DNA from: Eledone cirrhosa
Taxonomy: Eukaryota
Length of the DNA stretch: 64,000 nt
NCBI GenBank assembly: GCA_964016885.1
Contig: OZ024747.1
Span: forward strand, 79,112,001-79,176,000
Direction of reading: 5' to 3'
Below, piece by piece: positions 40,847-55,070 of the stretch. A model generated the notes under the pieces. The model saw only the letters and a list, made by a program, of their open reading frames with translations. It was not told where the DNA came from and searched no databases. Within the stretch, counting starts at the first letter, position 1. Each line of letters starts with the position of its first letter. Both the position numbers and the translations under genes were made by a program.

Positions 40847-42980
40847 TTACAATTTCTGTACTACCTCAAAAGTGTGTATATATTTTATAATGGCTAATGT
40901 ACTTCTCCATTTCTAGATATACTATATACGAAACGAAAAAAAAAAAAAATTAAAGATAGATGGGATGGTCATGGTTGGAACACCTTCCATCATAGAACTG
41001 CTCGAAATAACAAACAGAAAGTTCAACAAGTTCAAATATCATCCCTTACACGGCTTAATGTTGTTTTGTTTATATTACTACAATGTTACTATTACTACTG
41101 TTGTTGTTATGACTATGGCTATTAATAGTATAGAGAACTTGTTTGATATTTCCATTTTTTTTTCTTTTGTAAAAACAAGCATGCACTTACCAGAGCTAAG
41201 GAAGTAGAATTGGTTTTGCGATTCTAGCAGTTTTCTATGTTTATTTCAATGTAAATTAATTTTCCCTTTCATCTATCTTCTTTTTTTGTTTTTGTTTTGT
41301 TATCATTTTTTAAACCTTGACAGTCAACGTGGATGAGTTTCTTTCTCACAATTAATAATAAGTTTTAATATATATAATAGAATGGATTCTCTGTTAAAAC
41401 CTTTCTAACTTGGTAAAGTCCGACTTGTAGCTAGAGAAGTCACATGACCAACTTCGACCAATGGGCAGCAGCGCGCTGGTTTTGTTCCATTCTGTTGCCT
41501 CTCTGCCGAATTATTTTCTCTCTTCTACAGTCTCTCTCACTCTCTCCCCCCACTCTCTTTATATTACCAAACTCTCGTCTTTTTTTCTCTTCTATCACTC
41601 TCATTCTTTTTTTCTCTTCTTTCTGTAGTTCTGTAGTTTCATCTACTTCTCCCACCATTCTAAAATGTTTCGCCAAGTTCTCGTTCTGTCCAACTATTTC
41701 CTTTCCTTCTTCATTTTTCTCCCTACCTCATTCACTTTCTTTCAATTCCTTTGCTTTGTAATTAAAATAAATTTAAATATATATTTTATAAAAAGTGAAT
41801 ATGGGCAATGGAAAACTTATCAAGAAATGAGAAGGTTAAAAGACGGTCTGTTAAATAAAGAAGCAATTACAATCTCTTTTATTTTCACTGCATAAGGTCA
41901 ACTTAACATTACTACTTAGAAATGGTGGTCTACACAATGACTCGAAAATTCTTCTTTTCCTTCCTCTTCTTCTCCCACTTATTCCCAGGAAGGTTGTGGG
42001 GACAGAATGCTCAAACCCACCTACCAGTGGGTCATGTCAGAGGTAACTATTTTCAATTGATCCAACTAGATCCCCAAGCAGGACAGGCCAAGCTTGGGGA
42101 TGTTATCCAACCATCTTGCTTGGAGACTACCCCTGGATCTCTTCTCAGTTGGTTTTGCCAGTAAAATCTGTCCAGCGATTCGATTCTTTCCTTAGATATT
42201 CTGACCACATGTCCATAGGATTGGAGCTGTGATCTCTCAATTCTGAGAAGTTGTAGCTCTACCTGGAGTGACTCTCTAGTCTCTGAATTATGCACCCTAT
42301 AAAGTATTGTTAACTCCAAAGACCCTTCAGAGGAATCCCATTTTGGCTGCTAAATTGGATTTTTCCTGCAAGTTATAATTTTAAAATCTCTTTTATAGAT
42401 TATCAAAAAAAACAACACTTCTTGTTCCTAAATAACAATGATTGTATGACAGTTTTTGGTCTGACAATCAACTCAATGTTTGAGTGAAAAACATGATAAG
42501 CATAGTAGGAAAAATATCATAACAACTGTTAATGTAAACAACTGTAATGTAAACAACATGTTCGTGCATTATGACAATATACATTAGTTTATCACTGTAT
42601 CTACCTAACCAATGTAATTGTGGGAAAATAGATGCTAAATGATGATGATATATATGAATACAATTGACAGTCGATCGACTTTCGTCAAATCGGACCGAGG
42701 TAACAATGTTTCCATTGGTCTTTCCAATTGTTAATAATATCTATCAGTCACAACTCCAAGTAGAAGGAGCAACAGGAAATAAAGTGTCTTGCTCAAGAAC
42801 ATAACGCATCACCCGGTCTGGGAATCGAATGGGTTAAGCCAACAAACAAACATACAAGTACACAATTACACTCTATATTTGAAAGCATGTTATTTCTCAA
42901 AAACAAATAACAGCACACTGCACACCATGTATGACTTAGGCCACTATTACTCACCTGCAGTTTTATAATTAATTATTTAA

Positions 42981-43397
42981 CCCTTTAGCATTTACATTAC
43001 TCTATATTTACTATTGTATTTTCATTGTAAAGGCTTTACCTTACATAATATCTCACATGATATTGAATCTAAGAGATTTTGGTATTATTTATTTTGAGAA
43101 CAATACCTTAACATCAGTATGAGCAGCCAGTTACAGCCAGTTTGAAAAGAAAAAGGTGAGAGAATTCTGGCCAGATATGGCTGGTTTAAATGCTAAAGGG
43201 TTAACCCTTTAGCATTTACATTACTCTATATATACTATTATATTTTCACAGTAAAGTCTTTACCTCACATAATATCGAGTCTATGAAATTTTGGTGTTAT
43301 TTATTTTGAGAATAATACCTTAACATCAGTATGAGAGGCCAGTTTGAAGACAAAGAGGTGAGAGAATTCTGGCCAGATATGGCTGGTTTAAATGCTA
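42981..43397. mobile_element. Two head-to-tail TTAA-flanked MITEs (piggyBac-like CCCTTT...AAAGGG termini)
   Basis: TTAA|ccctttagcattta...taaatgctaaaggg|TTAA|ccctttagcattta... Related ttaaccctt/aagggttaa elements at ~3430-3640, 9320-9556, 15830-16297 and 50800-51004. Confidence 0.7.
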
Positions 43398-43700
43398 TAC
43401 AGATACAATAAGTTTTTAGTCTCATATCAATACAACAAACTGTAACTGTTGAACCTACTCTTCTCTGAACTTATCTGTTGCATGTTGCTGCTATTTTTAG
43501 CAAATCTATTCCTGTTTACTTGTTGTAGTCATTTCAACTATTGTTTTTAAAGCTTATATAAATACAATTATGTTACTTTGCATTGTTAGGTTTTCATGTG
43601 TTGTGTTTATCCTTAAAATGTTATTTACTATCCATCACTTAATATATAATATTTGCCTCACTCCCAATACGACACAGTCTCTTTCTCGCCACATCTCCCC

Positions 43701-43739
<39 letters not shown>

Positions 43740-43768
43740 CATCATCATCATCATCATCATCATCACCT

Positions 43769-43800
<32 letters not shown>

Positions 43801-46800
43801 TCCACCACCATCCTCCTCCTCCTCCTCCTCCTCCTCCTCTTTTTTCACGTCCATTATTCCATGCTTGTATGTGACTGACTGAGAGGTGCTGTATCCAGCA
43901 AGTTTTATGAAAGGTGGGTGAAAGTGGCGAGAATGGCCCGAGTGAATGGGCCTTCTCTCTATATCAGCCTGTAGGTTGAGGAAAAGGAGGAGGAGAGGAA
44001 AGGAGTACAAGCTCTTCGTACTCCTGGAGATGAGGGTTGCACATTTTTTTCGGGGGTCTGTGTTACCCATATAAACTGTCTCCCTCTATTGGGGAAAATC
44101 GACTAACTTTTAAATTCCATCTGTGATAACATTTTACACGTTTTTATTGTATGTAAACTTCCCCCTTTGTATTTGTCCCCTTCTTTTGTGCCCCTGTGGC
44201 TAATAAAGAAATATATCTGTGTGTATGTTATAAGTTGTGTTTTTTTAATAATTTTTGGTAGGGTTGTTCTGTCCTGATGGCCTTCCTATCACCAACCTCT
44301 TTACAGTATGGACTTTTCTAATGAAAAATACTGCCTCTTATTTTCAAATATTTCTGGAAATAATCAAGAATATGAAGACAGTGTTGTAACTAATTTTCTC
44401 ATTTTTATCTAGTGTTTGGATCATAACTTAACAAAGGCTCTTACATGAACTTATAATGGAAGGAGGCACAAAGATAAATATGGTAACAGAAGAATTAAAC
44501 GGCCAATCATTCATAAAAGTTGAAAGCAGTATCGTATTACAGTCATAAGGCATTTAGCATGGGATCCCTGAAAATTTGGGGCCCATAGCATTAGTTTAGT
44601 CTGGCACTAAATGTGGTGATAGCTTATATAAGGAAGGAGGTATATGTTAATATTGTGTAATAAAAAGAAGATTAATGTTCTGGGCAGGGACATTCCTCTT
44701 CAAAGAAATTATCACCAGATTCACCTAAAATATTAGCCTCTATTTTATCTTACAACACACTTCATTTTTCATTCTTTTTCATAAGCTTGACACGTGACGT
44801 CCTGTACCACATGAAACCACATTAGCAAGATATTCTTGCAAAGTACAAAACAGCACTACAACTGCATTACATTAATACTTTAAATCTTTACTTCAGTTTA
44901 CTACAAATTTTCACAACTATTTGTCCATCAGTAAATATACTATAAGCATTTGAATTAAGAAAACCGTTTACGAATATTTTCTTCTAAATCATTATAGAAT
45001 GTTCAGAGTTAACGTGTTTATTAGTTAACTTGTTATTGGTTAAACCTTTCCTCTTATGCATCTACATCTATTTTTTTGTTTTTTGTTAACCTATTTAACA
45101 GGTTTAACACTCAATTCTTGTTTGTCTTAATTTTCAATTTTTCCTACCCAGTCTTCTTCATGGAGCACCACAACCCACTCTTGTACACTTCGTCCAATCG
45201 ACTCACTTGTCCACTATTCTTTTCTTCTCTCTCTCCTTAAATTTAATTTTATCCACCTCTCGTTTCATCTTTTCTATTTTAACCCTCTCATCTTCCACGT
45301 ACATTTGTGTATCATCTCTGCCCTAACTTTCATTCACCACTCAACTTCAAAACCTGCTCTTCTTCCCTCCCCCATTAATTTGCTCTCCTCTCAGAACAAG
45401 CCTGATACCTCTAATTTATATTCCAGTTCATTTCTTCACTCCACCCCCACTCTCCTTCTCTTGCTACCCCCTCTCTCTTTCTCAAGTAGGTAAAATAATT
45501 TGTTTTTAATAAGTTCATCATCAGAAGGAGGCTGTAAGTTGCTATTTGACGTTTTTATAGATAACCTACTGTTGTTCAAACTTGGTCTCGACACCAAGAG
45601 TCACATTCATTTCTCAATAAAAACAACAAATATCATCAAAGAAAAAAAAAAGAAAGGAAAAATGTCTTTGATATATCCTAGAATTAATTCAAAACAAAAT
45701 TATATTCCCAGCTGTATTTTAGCTAAAAATAACTCAATTAGTAATCAATTAGTAATCATAATCATATTATTCATGTATTTGATAGTTCTGAATCCCACCA
45801 CGGTCATCTTTGACTTTCCTCTTTATAAGGTCTATAAATAAAGATGGTGGATGGACATTAGCATTTAAAACGGCCGTATCCAGCCAGAATTCTCTCACCT
45901 CTTTCTGTTTAAACTGGTTGTAGCTGCCCGCTCATACTGATGTTAAGGTAGTTTTCTCAAAATAAATAATATCAAAATCTTGTAGATTTGATATTATGAG
46001 ATAATTGTGTAAGGTAAAGCCTTTACCATAAAAAGCTCAGGTTTCTTGGTCTGATACAAGATCATTTCTCACCAGCTCAACTCAGGTTCCTTGGTCTTAA
46101 CACTTCTCCCAGCAACCATCATTCACGCACAACCCATATCTATACCAGCACAGTTTTCTCTCTTGCACACCCACACTGCATTTGATTCTTATTATACCCA
46201 ATTTTTCTCTCAGTTCATTCCTGCTGTGTTGTTGACACACACCAATATTGCACATCCTTCAAATATAGATTGTAAAATATAAGGGGATGGTTGCTGTCAA
46301 GCTGGCTTGCTTCAGATATCCTATAGTAACAAATAAACCTTTCTATGGTATCCTTATGACTCAATAAGTTATGAAACTATTTAAACTCAACTAAATCAAA
46401 CCAAAAATTCTGATATGGTTTCTGCTTCTTTTTCTGCAATAATATTTATCTGAGTGCTACAAGCACTATACAAGCTCACACACACATACACACATATTCA
46501 CACACATGCATACACATTCACACAAAAACACACACACACACATGCACCCATACATGCATACACAAACACATACACACATGTTTTTATTTTTTAAATTTTA
46601 CTAACTTGTTAGTTATTAATATTTAATAGGCCCCTGGAATCTTATGTAAATTAAACGATAATGATAATAATTGTTTTTACTTTTGGCACAAGGCCAGTAT
46701 TTACTGCAGTGTATTACTGGTACTTTATTTTATCGACTCCATATATAAATAAATACCAACACATACTCAAATTTATATAAATAAATATATATATACACAT

Positions 46801-46976
46801 ACATACATACATATATAGATATATTTTGAGTATATGTTGGTTGTTTACCAACACCTCAGTATGCAGATTGAAGCACTCAACGAAGTAAACTGGTTGGTTT
46901 GTTTACTCCGGAGTAATGTAAAATAATTAAGTCAAATATGTAAAATTTGGCTTCGTTTATTACAAATTATAGATAT

Positions 46977-47031
46977 ACTGCTATATATATTTCGGTGACA
47001 GCCATCATTGGTTGTGACCTCTTCAGGCAGT
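46977..47031 (-). ncRNA. Type I hammerhead ribozyme
   Basis: ACUGC-CUGAAGA-GGUcACAaCCA auga UGGcUGUcACC-GAAA-uauau-AUA|GCAGU. Stem III is self-complementary (AU)n. Confidence 0.8.
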
Positions 47032-47132
47032 CCGAATTAGTGTGGGAAGGACAGGTACACATGTTGTTGAAGTGTATTTTACTCCGTCAATACATCGATA
47101 CATAGCAGAGTATAAATATTTGATATAGAAAT

Positions 47133-47183
47133 GGCTTCTACAAGACTAGAACTGTTTTATTCAGGAGAAATCATCAGGAAGCC
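47133..47183 (-). ncRNA. Degenerate type I hammerhead (GAAA reads AAAA)
   Basis: GGCUUC-CUGAUGA-uUUC uccu GAAu-AAAA-cag...cuu-GUA|GAAGCC. 6-bp stem I is perfect; G12 is missing. Confidence 0.5.
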
Positions 47184-47384
47184 CTGATATATATATATAT
47201 ATATATACACACACATCCACTTGTATACAGATTGTATGTGTTATGTATACACTAGCTGGTGACTTGTAATAAATGATGTATGAAATATATGTGGAGGAAG
47301 AGAATTAATGCACTACATCAACATTCCTGGTTGGTATAGTTAATAGTTAAACAATTCTGTATTGAGAGGAGTTGTAGCAGACTA

Positions 47385-47674
47385 GTGGGGGGAGGGGGGT
47401 TAATGAAGGAGTGACTGGGGGGGGGTAGAATTATTGAGGGGGGGATAACGGACAGAGGGGGCAGAGAGAGAGAGGTAGCGAAGCGAAATAGAGAGAGGGT
47501 GATGGGTAGAGAGAGGGGTGGGGGCAAATAAGGGAAGGGGGCAGAGAGACGGGGCAAAATAGAGAGAGAGAGAGGGAGGTGGAGAAGAGATAGGGGAGAG
47601 GGGCAGAGGGGGAGAAGAGAGAGAGGGGGGAGAAGAGAGAGGGGGCAAAAGAGAGAGGATAAAGGGGAGAGAGG

Positions 47675-47719
<45 letters not shown>

Positions 47720-47800
47720 GGTAGAGGGGAGATAGATACATATATATATATATAGAGAGAGAGAGAGAGGAGGAAGATAGACAGATAAAGAGAGAGGTGG
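47385..47800. repeat. G/A-rich low-complexity tract with many G-runs
   Basis: Directly visible. Confidence 0.85.
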
Positions 47801-48233
47801 AGGTCTTTTATAATTATGCAACTATTATCAGAGTCTGATTCCTTTCTGACACCAAAGTTTATGTGACATCTTTTAACCTGGCTCCTTCTTTCTTACTAAA
47901 TTAGATCTCACTGAGTAGAACAAGCAAATAATGGAATGGTCTGTTTTTTTCTTATTGATAATGAGATAAATATTTTTTTTTTACAGGTTTTCCATATCTA
48001 CGAAACATTTCTATCACAAATACATCTTAATGAAATTCCTGAAACATTTTATGTGAGTAGAATTAGAAAATACAGTTTTGCCGCCCTAAGTAGGTTGTTA
48101 TACAACTCTCAAGAAAAGTATTTCAGCAATTAAATCTCTGGTTATATTAAAATTCATATAATTTTTGCTTTAGAAAATTAGCTGCAACATACACGTATAA
48201 CCTTCATCTTTTTATACCCCCCCTCCTCCTCCT

Positions 48234-48990
48234 CATCATCATCATCATCATCATCATCATTTTTCTTCTTCCCCTACTTATTTCTAGGTGAGTTGTGAAG
48301 CCAGGGTTCTCAAGGACACCTTTCAGCAGATCCTGCCAGAGGCAAATGTCTCCATTTGATCCAGTTGGGTCCTCAAGCGGGACCAACCAAGCTCATTGAT
48401 GTTATCCAACCATCTTGCTCAGAGACTATTCCTGGTTCTCCTACTGGTTGGTTTTGTTCATAAAATCTGTTCAGCGATTCTTTCTTTAGACATTCTGACC
48501 ACATTTATTGGAGCTGCAATCTCTTGATTCAGAGAAGTAGCAACTCTACCTGTAACAACTCACTGATCTCCGAGCTACTCACTCTATCAAATAATGTTAC
48601 TCCAGAGATCCTTTGGAAGAATCCCATTTTGGCCATTTGTATTTGCAATCTTATTCTTTCAGTCATTACCCAAGATTCATGACCATAGGTAAGGGTTGGT
48701 ACAAATACCAAATTGAAGATAGCGAGTTTGGCTTTTACACCTAACTCCCTTCTAATGATTACTGAATCCTGAAGCTGACACATTACTGCACCAGCTCCTG
48801 TAATTCTTGCACTTAATTCAGCCTTCTGCCTTCCATCAGTCATGAAAACAGCCCAGAGATATTTGAACTTCTCCATCTGCTTCAGTGGAACTCCATTCAC
48901 AAGAAGAGTACACTGCACAGACTTGCTTCAGAGGATTATTGTCTCGGTCTTGGCAGCATTGATTTTAATTTCTACCATGCTACAGCCACA
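48234..48990 (-). pseudogene. Decayed RTE LINE 3' fragment, second family without the PHD insert
   Basis: ORF 48529-48918: LKQMEKFKYL...PTLTYGHESW; (GAT)n tail at 48234-48260. Related relics at ~41945-42350 (-) and ~20040-20290 (+). Confidence 0.8.
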
Positions 48991-49499
48991 TTGGCTATAA
49001 TCATTTAAAATAACTTTAAGGTCTATTTATTCTAGTGAGAACTATATTACACAGTTCCTAAGTTACACTTGTTTGATCAAGGAATTTATAGTGTGTTAGA
49101 TAGAACTAAAACAGTAATTTAATTGTATTAGAACTTAAACAATAATTTGATTGAATCTTGTTACTAAAACAATTATTTTATAGTGGAATCAATTAACCAT
49201 TAAAACATAACACTATATCCTCCTTTGTTTTATTATTTCATAATAATAATAATAAAAAGTATTCTTAGATAATTGACCAAGTTGTATATCTATGACAAAA
49301 GATTTTGACTCCTAAAAACTTATAATATTGCTAAATACTAATTTTAAAAAAATTGATAATAATCTATGTATGTTTTAAATGGCTATATTAGCTATTATGA
49401 ATTAATATAATATGTTAAAAAATATTTTTATTGATAATAAAAATAATGTTCAAGATTTTTGTCTTCTATTTGTTAGTGAGAAGAAGGCAGTACCTCTGG

Positions 49500-49660
49500 C
49501 CTGTTCATATCTTAGAATAAAGTTATGAATGGTGGGGTGATAAATTTGAATCTCTGGGTAAGAGGTAGGTGTCTCATCTGGGACATCACAGTCAGTGACT
49601 CTTTTGCTCTCTTTCACATCATGGATGCCATGGTAAATGTTGCAGGGAGGGGGGCGTCAC
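49500..49660 (+). pseudogene. Relic of a restriction-like endonuclease domain from a CRE/RLE-type non-LTR retrotransposon
   Basis: WVRGRCLIWDITVSDSFA..HI...AG resembles the PW..G+.L.WD.T..D..A.S motif (recalled, not searched). Confidence 0.5.
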
Positions 49661-52479
49661 TACTTCTGTTGTCGAATGGAATAAAATTCGGAAATATCTG
49701 GATAAACAAAGAAAGAGGAGGCCAACAAAGCTGATTCCCAAGGAGATTCAACATGACATATTCTGTGATAAAGCTGATTCTTTGAATTACAGACACAGTT
49801 CATCAGATGGACTTCCAAACAGTTTCTATTTCCTCAGTTTCACTCAGAAGGTTTAAGTTGATCAGAAGTTATGGTAAATGATACTTGCCTAATATGTTAA
49901 ATGCTGGGATTGAACTTAACTGAGAATTTATCATTACAAAGCAAGCTTCTTAACTATTTTGCCTTACTGCATCTACATTTACATTTATACATCTCACTCA
50001 CACACACACATGCATGCATACATACATACACACATATATACATACACACACACATACACCTGGCTTGTTAAAACTGTCTTATTAAAAATAACTACATGTT
50101 TCTAATTTTATAAAAGTAGGTTAGTAGATAAAAATGATATTGTGTTAAATGTTATTTCAACAAAATAAATATATTTCTATTTTCAACCAATCTACAACAA
50201 TGAAAGATAATAGTTTAATATTCAGTAATTTGAATAGATTTCATATTTATACACGCAAACATATGTACATTAATACAAACACTTGTGCAAACATATATAA
50301 TCTAAATATATGTATGTACATATATATGTGTGTGTGCATGTGTGTGATGACATATATATATGTGTGTGTGTGAGAGAGATGACATATATGTATATATAGA
50401 TGTGATGACATATGTATATATATATAAACATGTATATTATTTTATTCATTTTTCATCCTTATGGGGTCGATAAAATAAAGTACCAGTAATGCACTGGATA
50501 TTTGCTGGCCTTGTGCCAAAAGTAGAAACAATTATATATATATATGTGTGTGTGTGCATATATATATATTATAAGGTTGAGCAATGAAAACAAATAAGAC
50601 AAGATTTAGTATTTATATAATCCATAGCTTTCAGTCACAAACTTTAGACCATATCGGGGCTCCGCTTTTAAAAGGATTTATGTAGTCTGGTTCTTATTTC
50701 ATCCATTTTGTAAAATATAAAATGCAAAATGGGTATTAGTATAAAGGAAGATAACTCGGCCGGACACAGAATATTTCAACTTAATGCAACATGGAATTTT
50801 AACCCTTTCATTATTATGATAAATATTATATTGGGATTAGTTAACGTAGAATTTCGAAAGGTATAGTAAAATTAACAAGTATTTCATTATCAAGATGTTA
50901 TTTGTAACGTAACTTAAGAAAAAGTTATTATATCAAATTATGTTGGTGGTTTTATTTAATAGAATAAGGTTCAGTTTTGGATGGGTTGTAATCAAAAGGG
51001 TTAATAGTTGCATTGAAGATTTACAATGGTTGAACAGATAATCCATTTTTTTTTTTTTTTAATTGTTAGTGTGTATCCCAACATCAGTGGAACTATGGTA
51101 AAGATTTCCTACACTGGCATGATTGGACAAGACATTTTCAAGGTGGGATGACCTCACCTCTACTTCATTTCGTATAGTACTGATGACCTCTATTTAAACG
51201 TAATCTCCGAGATGAATTTTTTGTTCTTTTTTTTAAGTAGGATATAAATAAAAGTTTAAATTACATTGCAAAAATGTGCACACACACACACACACACACA
51301 TACTTATTAAATTTACTCACCCCAAACAAGGCAGTAAAACACCAAAATGCAAGGGGTTACTGAGAAAGTTAAATGACAGGCAGGAACTTCAACTGTAAAT
51401 GGGTGAGACCTAGCTGCCACACACACTAGGCTTCTTTAGTTTATATCTATACAATTCATTCAACCCTAAACTGTAATAGAAAACACTTGTTAAAGGTGCT
51501 GCACAATAAGAACAGACTCAAAACAGTTGTTGTAAACCACACAGCCATCCCTGTGCCAATCAAGGACTGAAATTAGCCAACAGACTAAGGTTATAAGGAC
51601 ATTAATTTTGCTCTATGAGGTTTGACCAATTATTCAAAAGCAATAAATCTGACAACAGAAATCAAGAAAATAAAGATTAATTGTACACTAGGTATTGGTT
51701 TATAAAGCCCAGGTGTTTCTATATAAACTATGGTAGATGTCATCATCTGATCAACTTTGCAAACTTGCAATCATTTAGTAATCCAGCTAGTTTAGCAACT
51801 ATTTATTTAATTTTTATAACAAAAGCTAACATTGTTTTCAAGCCTGCATGTTTAAACGTGATGCTAGACCATTTTGTCATCTATAAGAATGTTATTGTTC
51901 CCAAGACAACACATAAATCAACGTTAATTGTAAATAGCTCATTAAAGATCTGTCACAAATTAATCGGTCAAGTTGGAAGTAAGTTTTATTTATAACAAAC
52001 CTTTATTGTTATTGCAGGATATTTTCAAGTTAACTCTGATCAAGCAGACTTTTGCCAGATGTGGCTCCTATTATCATCCAACTCATTAACTCTTAATGTC
52101 CTGTATTGCATGAAATCAAATTAGTAAGGCATCCTTGAACAGTACAAAACAGCACTATGACTGCAACACATTAAAGAAATTAAACTCTTTACTTTATTAT
52201 TGCAAATTTTCACAACAATGATACTATAAACATTTGAATTAACACATGTTTTTAGATATTTTCTGCAACAAGGGTATAGGTAAGATGTGGTTCAGTTTTA
52301 CTTTACAACCATTTGATCCAGGATCAAAACCAATGTTCAACACTTAGACAAGTGTTTTCTACCATAACCTTGGCTTGAGCAATATCTTGCTACTGAAATT
52401 TGGGAGAGTGGAAATTGTATGGAAGCCTAGTGTTTATCAACTGTAATAAAATGCCATTTGTGTGTATATATATATATAT

Positions 52480-53240
52480 ATGGCAATGAATTTGTTTTAC
52501 AAGGTTTTTTATATGAAATCGTGTGTTGAAACAAATATTGTTATATTTGGGGAGGTTCATATTGTGATATTTCCAGAAATAATAATAAAACACTCAGTTT
52601 GGTTTGGTTTGGATTGGTTTTCGCTTCTGTATATTTTATATCCCTATAGTTAATTTAGCTGGCAATTGATTGACCAACGGTTAAAAATAGATATAAATAT
52701 ATATATAGTCTATCAAAGTTCTTTCATTACACACCTATGACACCATCAGTGGTACTATTAGGTTTCCTCCTGTAATGTCTATTTATTTATTCTTGTCTGC
52801 GTGTTTGTTGTTATTGTACCTGTGTATATTTATTTATATTAGGTCAGTATTGTGTATGGTTGTTGTTATTCCATTCATTTTTTCTGTTCAACTTTGGTTT
52901 TCTTAGTTCTATTTTAGTTGCCTCTCTGATTTGTCAACCTGTTGAGTCATTACTATGTTGTCTATATTGCCATCATGTCTTAGTCTGGCATGTTCATATA
53001 GTACCGAACCGTCTTTTTGTCCTTTTAGTTCACCCCAGTGTTGATCTACTTTCTCCCCTATGCTTTGAGCTGTCTACCCTCTGTACATCTTATGCTATAG
53101 ACTACATTTCTAGTTTTACAATTTATTTGTGGAATACTTCTATATATAACGCATTTCCTATTAGTACAGTGGGTTTTTTCTGTTATTTTAATCCAGCCTC
53201 ACTTTCATTTGTAATAGATTTTAATTTCATATCTTATATC
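52480..53240 (-). mobile_element. Degenerate second Penelope-like fragment of the same family
   Basis: 53077-53120 (ccctctgtacatcttatgctatagactacatttctagttttaca) resembles 30624-30667, and 52483-52560 resembles the reverse complement of 31835-31915. Decayed hammerhead at ~52705-52755. Confidence 0.75.
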
Positions 53241-53253
53241 CATAAAATAGATG

Positions 53254-53322
53254 TTTCATCTGATGAACAAACAGACGTCTCTACTAGAATTGTCTAAAGG
53301 CGTGAAACCTTGGGTAATGAAA
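53254..53322 (+). ncRNA. Type I hammerhead ribozyme
   Basis: UUUCAU-CUGAUGA(53260-66)-ac...agac...gucu...gu-GAAA(53304-07)-CCuugG-GUA|AUGAAA. 6-bp stem I, 3-bp stem III, irregular stem II. Confidence 0.7.
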
Positions 53323-53514
53323 TAATTATATTGTGTTGTTACATTATATATATACATATGATGATGATATATATATATATATATATATATATGCATATTT
53401 CTAGCAGGCTGGGAGACAACCATATGGGATTCTCAGCATTGTCAGCAATGCTCGTTTCGCAGCCAGCATCTCCATGGATTTGAACGCTGGTTTACATACA
53501 CACACTCATTTATA

Positions 53515-53955
53515 TTATCATATTCATCACCATTCTACCTCAATTTTTCCCTGCTAGCATGGGTTAGACGGGTTGTCCTATTGTGGGCAATGCTAGGTCA
53601 GGTAACTATGTCTTGCACATACAGAACTCATTTTGGCTTGGTTTCTACAGATGGATGCCCTTCCTAACACCAACCTCATTTAGTGAGTACTGGGTGCTTT
53701 TTGTCGTGTCACCAACAACCATTTACAGTGGACTGGGTGTTTTTTGTTGTGTCACCAACACGAACACTTTACAGTGAGGACTGGGTGCTTTTTGTTGTGA
53801 CACCAATACGACCACTTTACAGTGTGGACTGTGTGCTTTTTGTTGTGACACCTACACAACCACTTTACAGTGAAGACTGGGTGCTTTTTTGTTGTGACAC
53901 CAATACAACCACTTTACAGTGTGGACTGGGTGCTTTTTGTCGTGACACCTACACA
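53515..53955 (-). mobile_element. RTE-tailed SINE-like element with internal ~48-bp minisatellite (about 6 copies, 53679-53955)
   Basis: Unit tttacagtgtggactgggtgctttttgttgtgacacc... recurs at ~53722, 53768, 53816, 53864 and 53913. Confidence 0.75.
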
Positions 53956-55064
53956 TTGAAAAAAAATGCCAAATTACAAAACACAGACATCAAATTTTAT
54001 TTATAAATGATAAAAGTGACAGCTGAAAGTCTGAGTAAAGATTTGGATTGATTGATTATAAAGAAGAGGGGAAAGAAAAAGCCGAAACAATTTGTTAAAG
54101 TGTTTGGTAGAAGGAGAGTGAGGGGGAGGAGAGAGAGGGGAAGGGAGAGAGAAAGAGTAAGAGTTGTGATAAGTTGTAAAATTAATTATCATAAATTCTT
54201 TGTAATGATGTGATGATGGTGGTGGTTGTGGTGGTAGTAGAGATGTTATTTTAGTTGCTGTTGCTGCCACTGGAATCTGAATTATTAAAGCTGACTCACT
54301 CTATAGATTAAAGAAAGAAATACAGAGCAATTAGAACATTGCTAAAGATCAACACACTGCAGGAAGGTAACAAATAAACAAAAGGAAATCTTTTAAAAGA
54401 TTTGGGAAAGAGTGGGGAATGGAAGAAAATAAAATATTATGGAGGAGAGGGGGGTGGGCACATTTGGACTTATAATAAACTTGAACAATATTTTTTCTCA
54501 TTTCTTTCCTGTTTTTCCATAACCCATGCACCCTCCACCAAAATGTTGTTTTATTTTTTAAGGAGAAAGACGAAAAAAATGTTCGAGAGAGAGAGTATGT
54601 ATCTTGATCTTGCTGCCTTTTAGGATGCAGGATGGAGCTGATTCTGGTGCAGGTTCTGGTAAATACTGATGCTATTATGAATGTTGGGCAACAAAGCAGA
54701 AACTACACAGAAGAAACTATGTCCAGTGTGGAAACAGTCAATAAACAAGTATATTTCTAGTTATGTAGACATCTCATTTTTTTTCGTTTCACAATGTAAT
54801 TCCAGTCAAAACTAAACAGCCTTTTGTTAATTCAGAAATGTTAATGCCAAAGTAGATGTCATATGATGTAACACATTGAAGATATTGCGGGATTGTTTGT
54901 GTGCGTGTGTGTATGTGTGTGTTCTCTCAATATTTTTGTTGCTTTTGTTGTTGTTTTTTTTAAATTTGTATTTTAAATCCTTCCACCAAAAGCTTCTGAC
55001 CTGTGCACAGAAGTAAGCTTCAAAAGACTATCTCTCAATGAAAGAGGCAGGATCTTAACAGTAG

Positions 55065-55070
55065 TTTATT
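55065..55070 (-). promoter_or_regulatory. Candidate polyadenylation signal (AATAAA) for SF3B1
   Basis: First AATAAA on the minus strand, ~110 nt past the stop. Other AATAAA hexamers occur further downstream, so it is not unique. Confidence 0.3.

Noticed and set aside
41440-41761. Charged 78-aa ORF (-) and 105-aa ORF (+)
   Set aside because: Purine/pyrimidine low-complexity sequence with no recognisable domain or convincing splice context.
45130-45610. Possible coding exon on the minus strand
   Set aside because: The frame closes after ~50 codons and I recognise no homology.
50615-50665. Hammerhead-like GGUC...GACU-GAAA-GCUA on the minus strand
   Set aside because: Core reads CCGAUAU rather than CUGANGA and stem I is poor; at best a dead relic.
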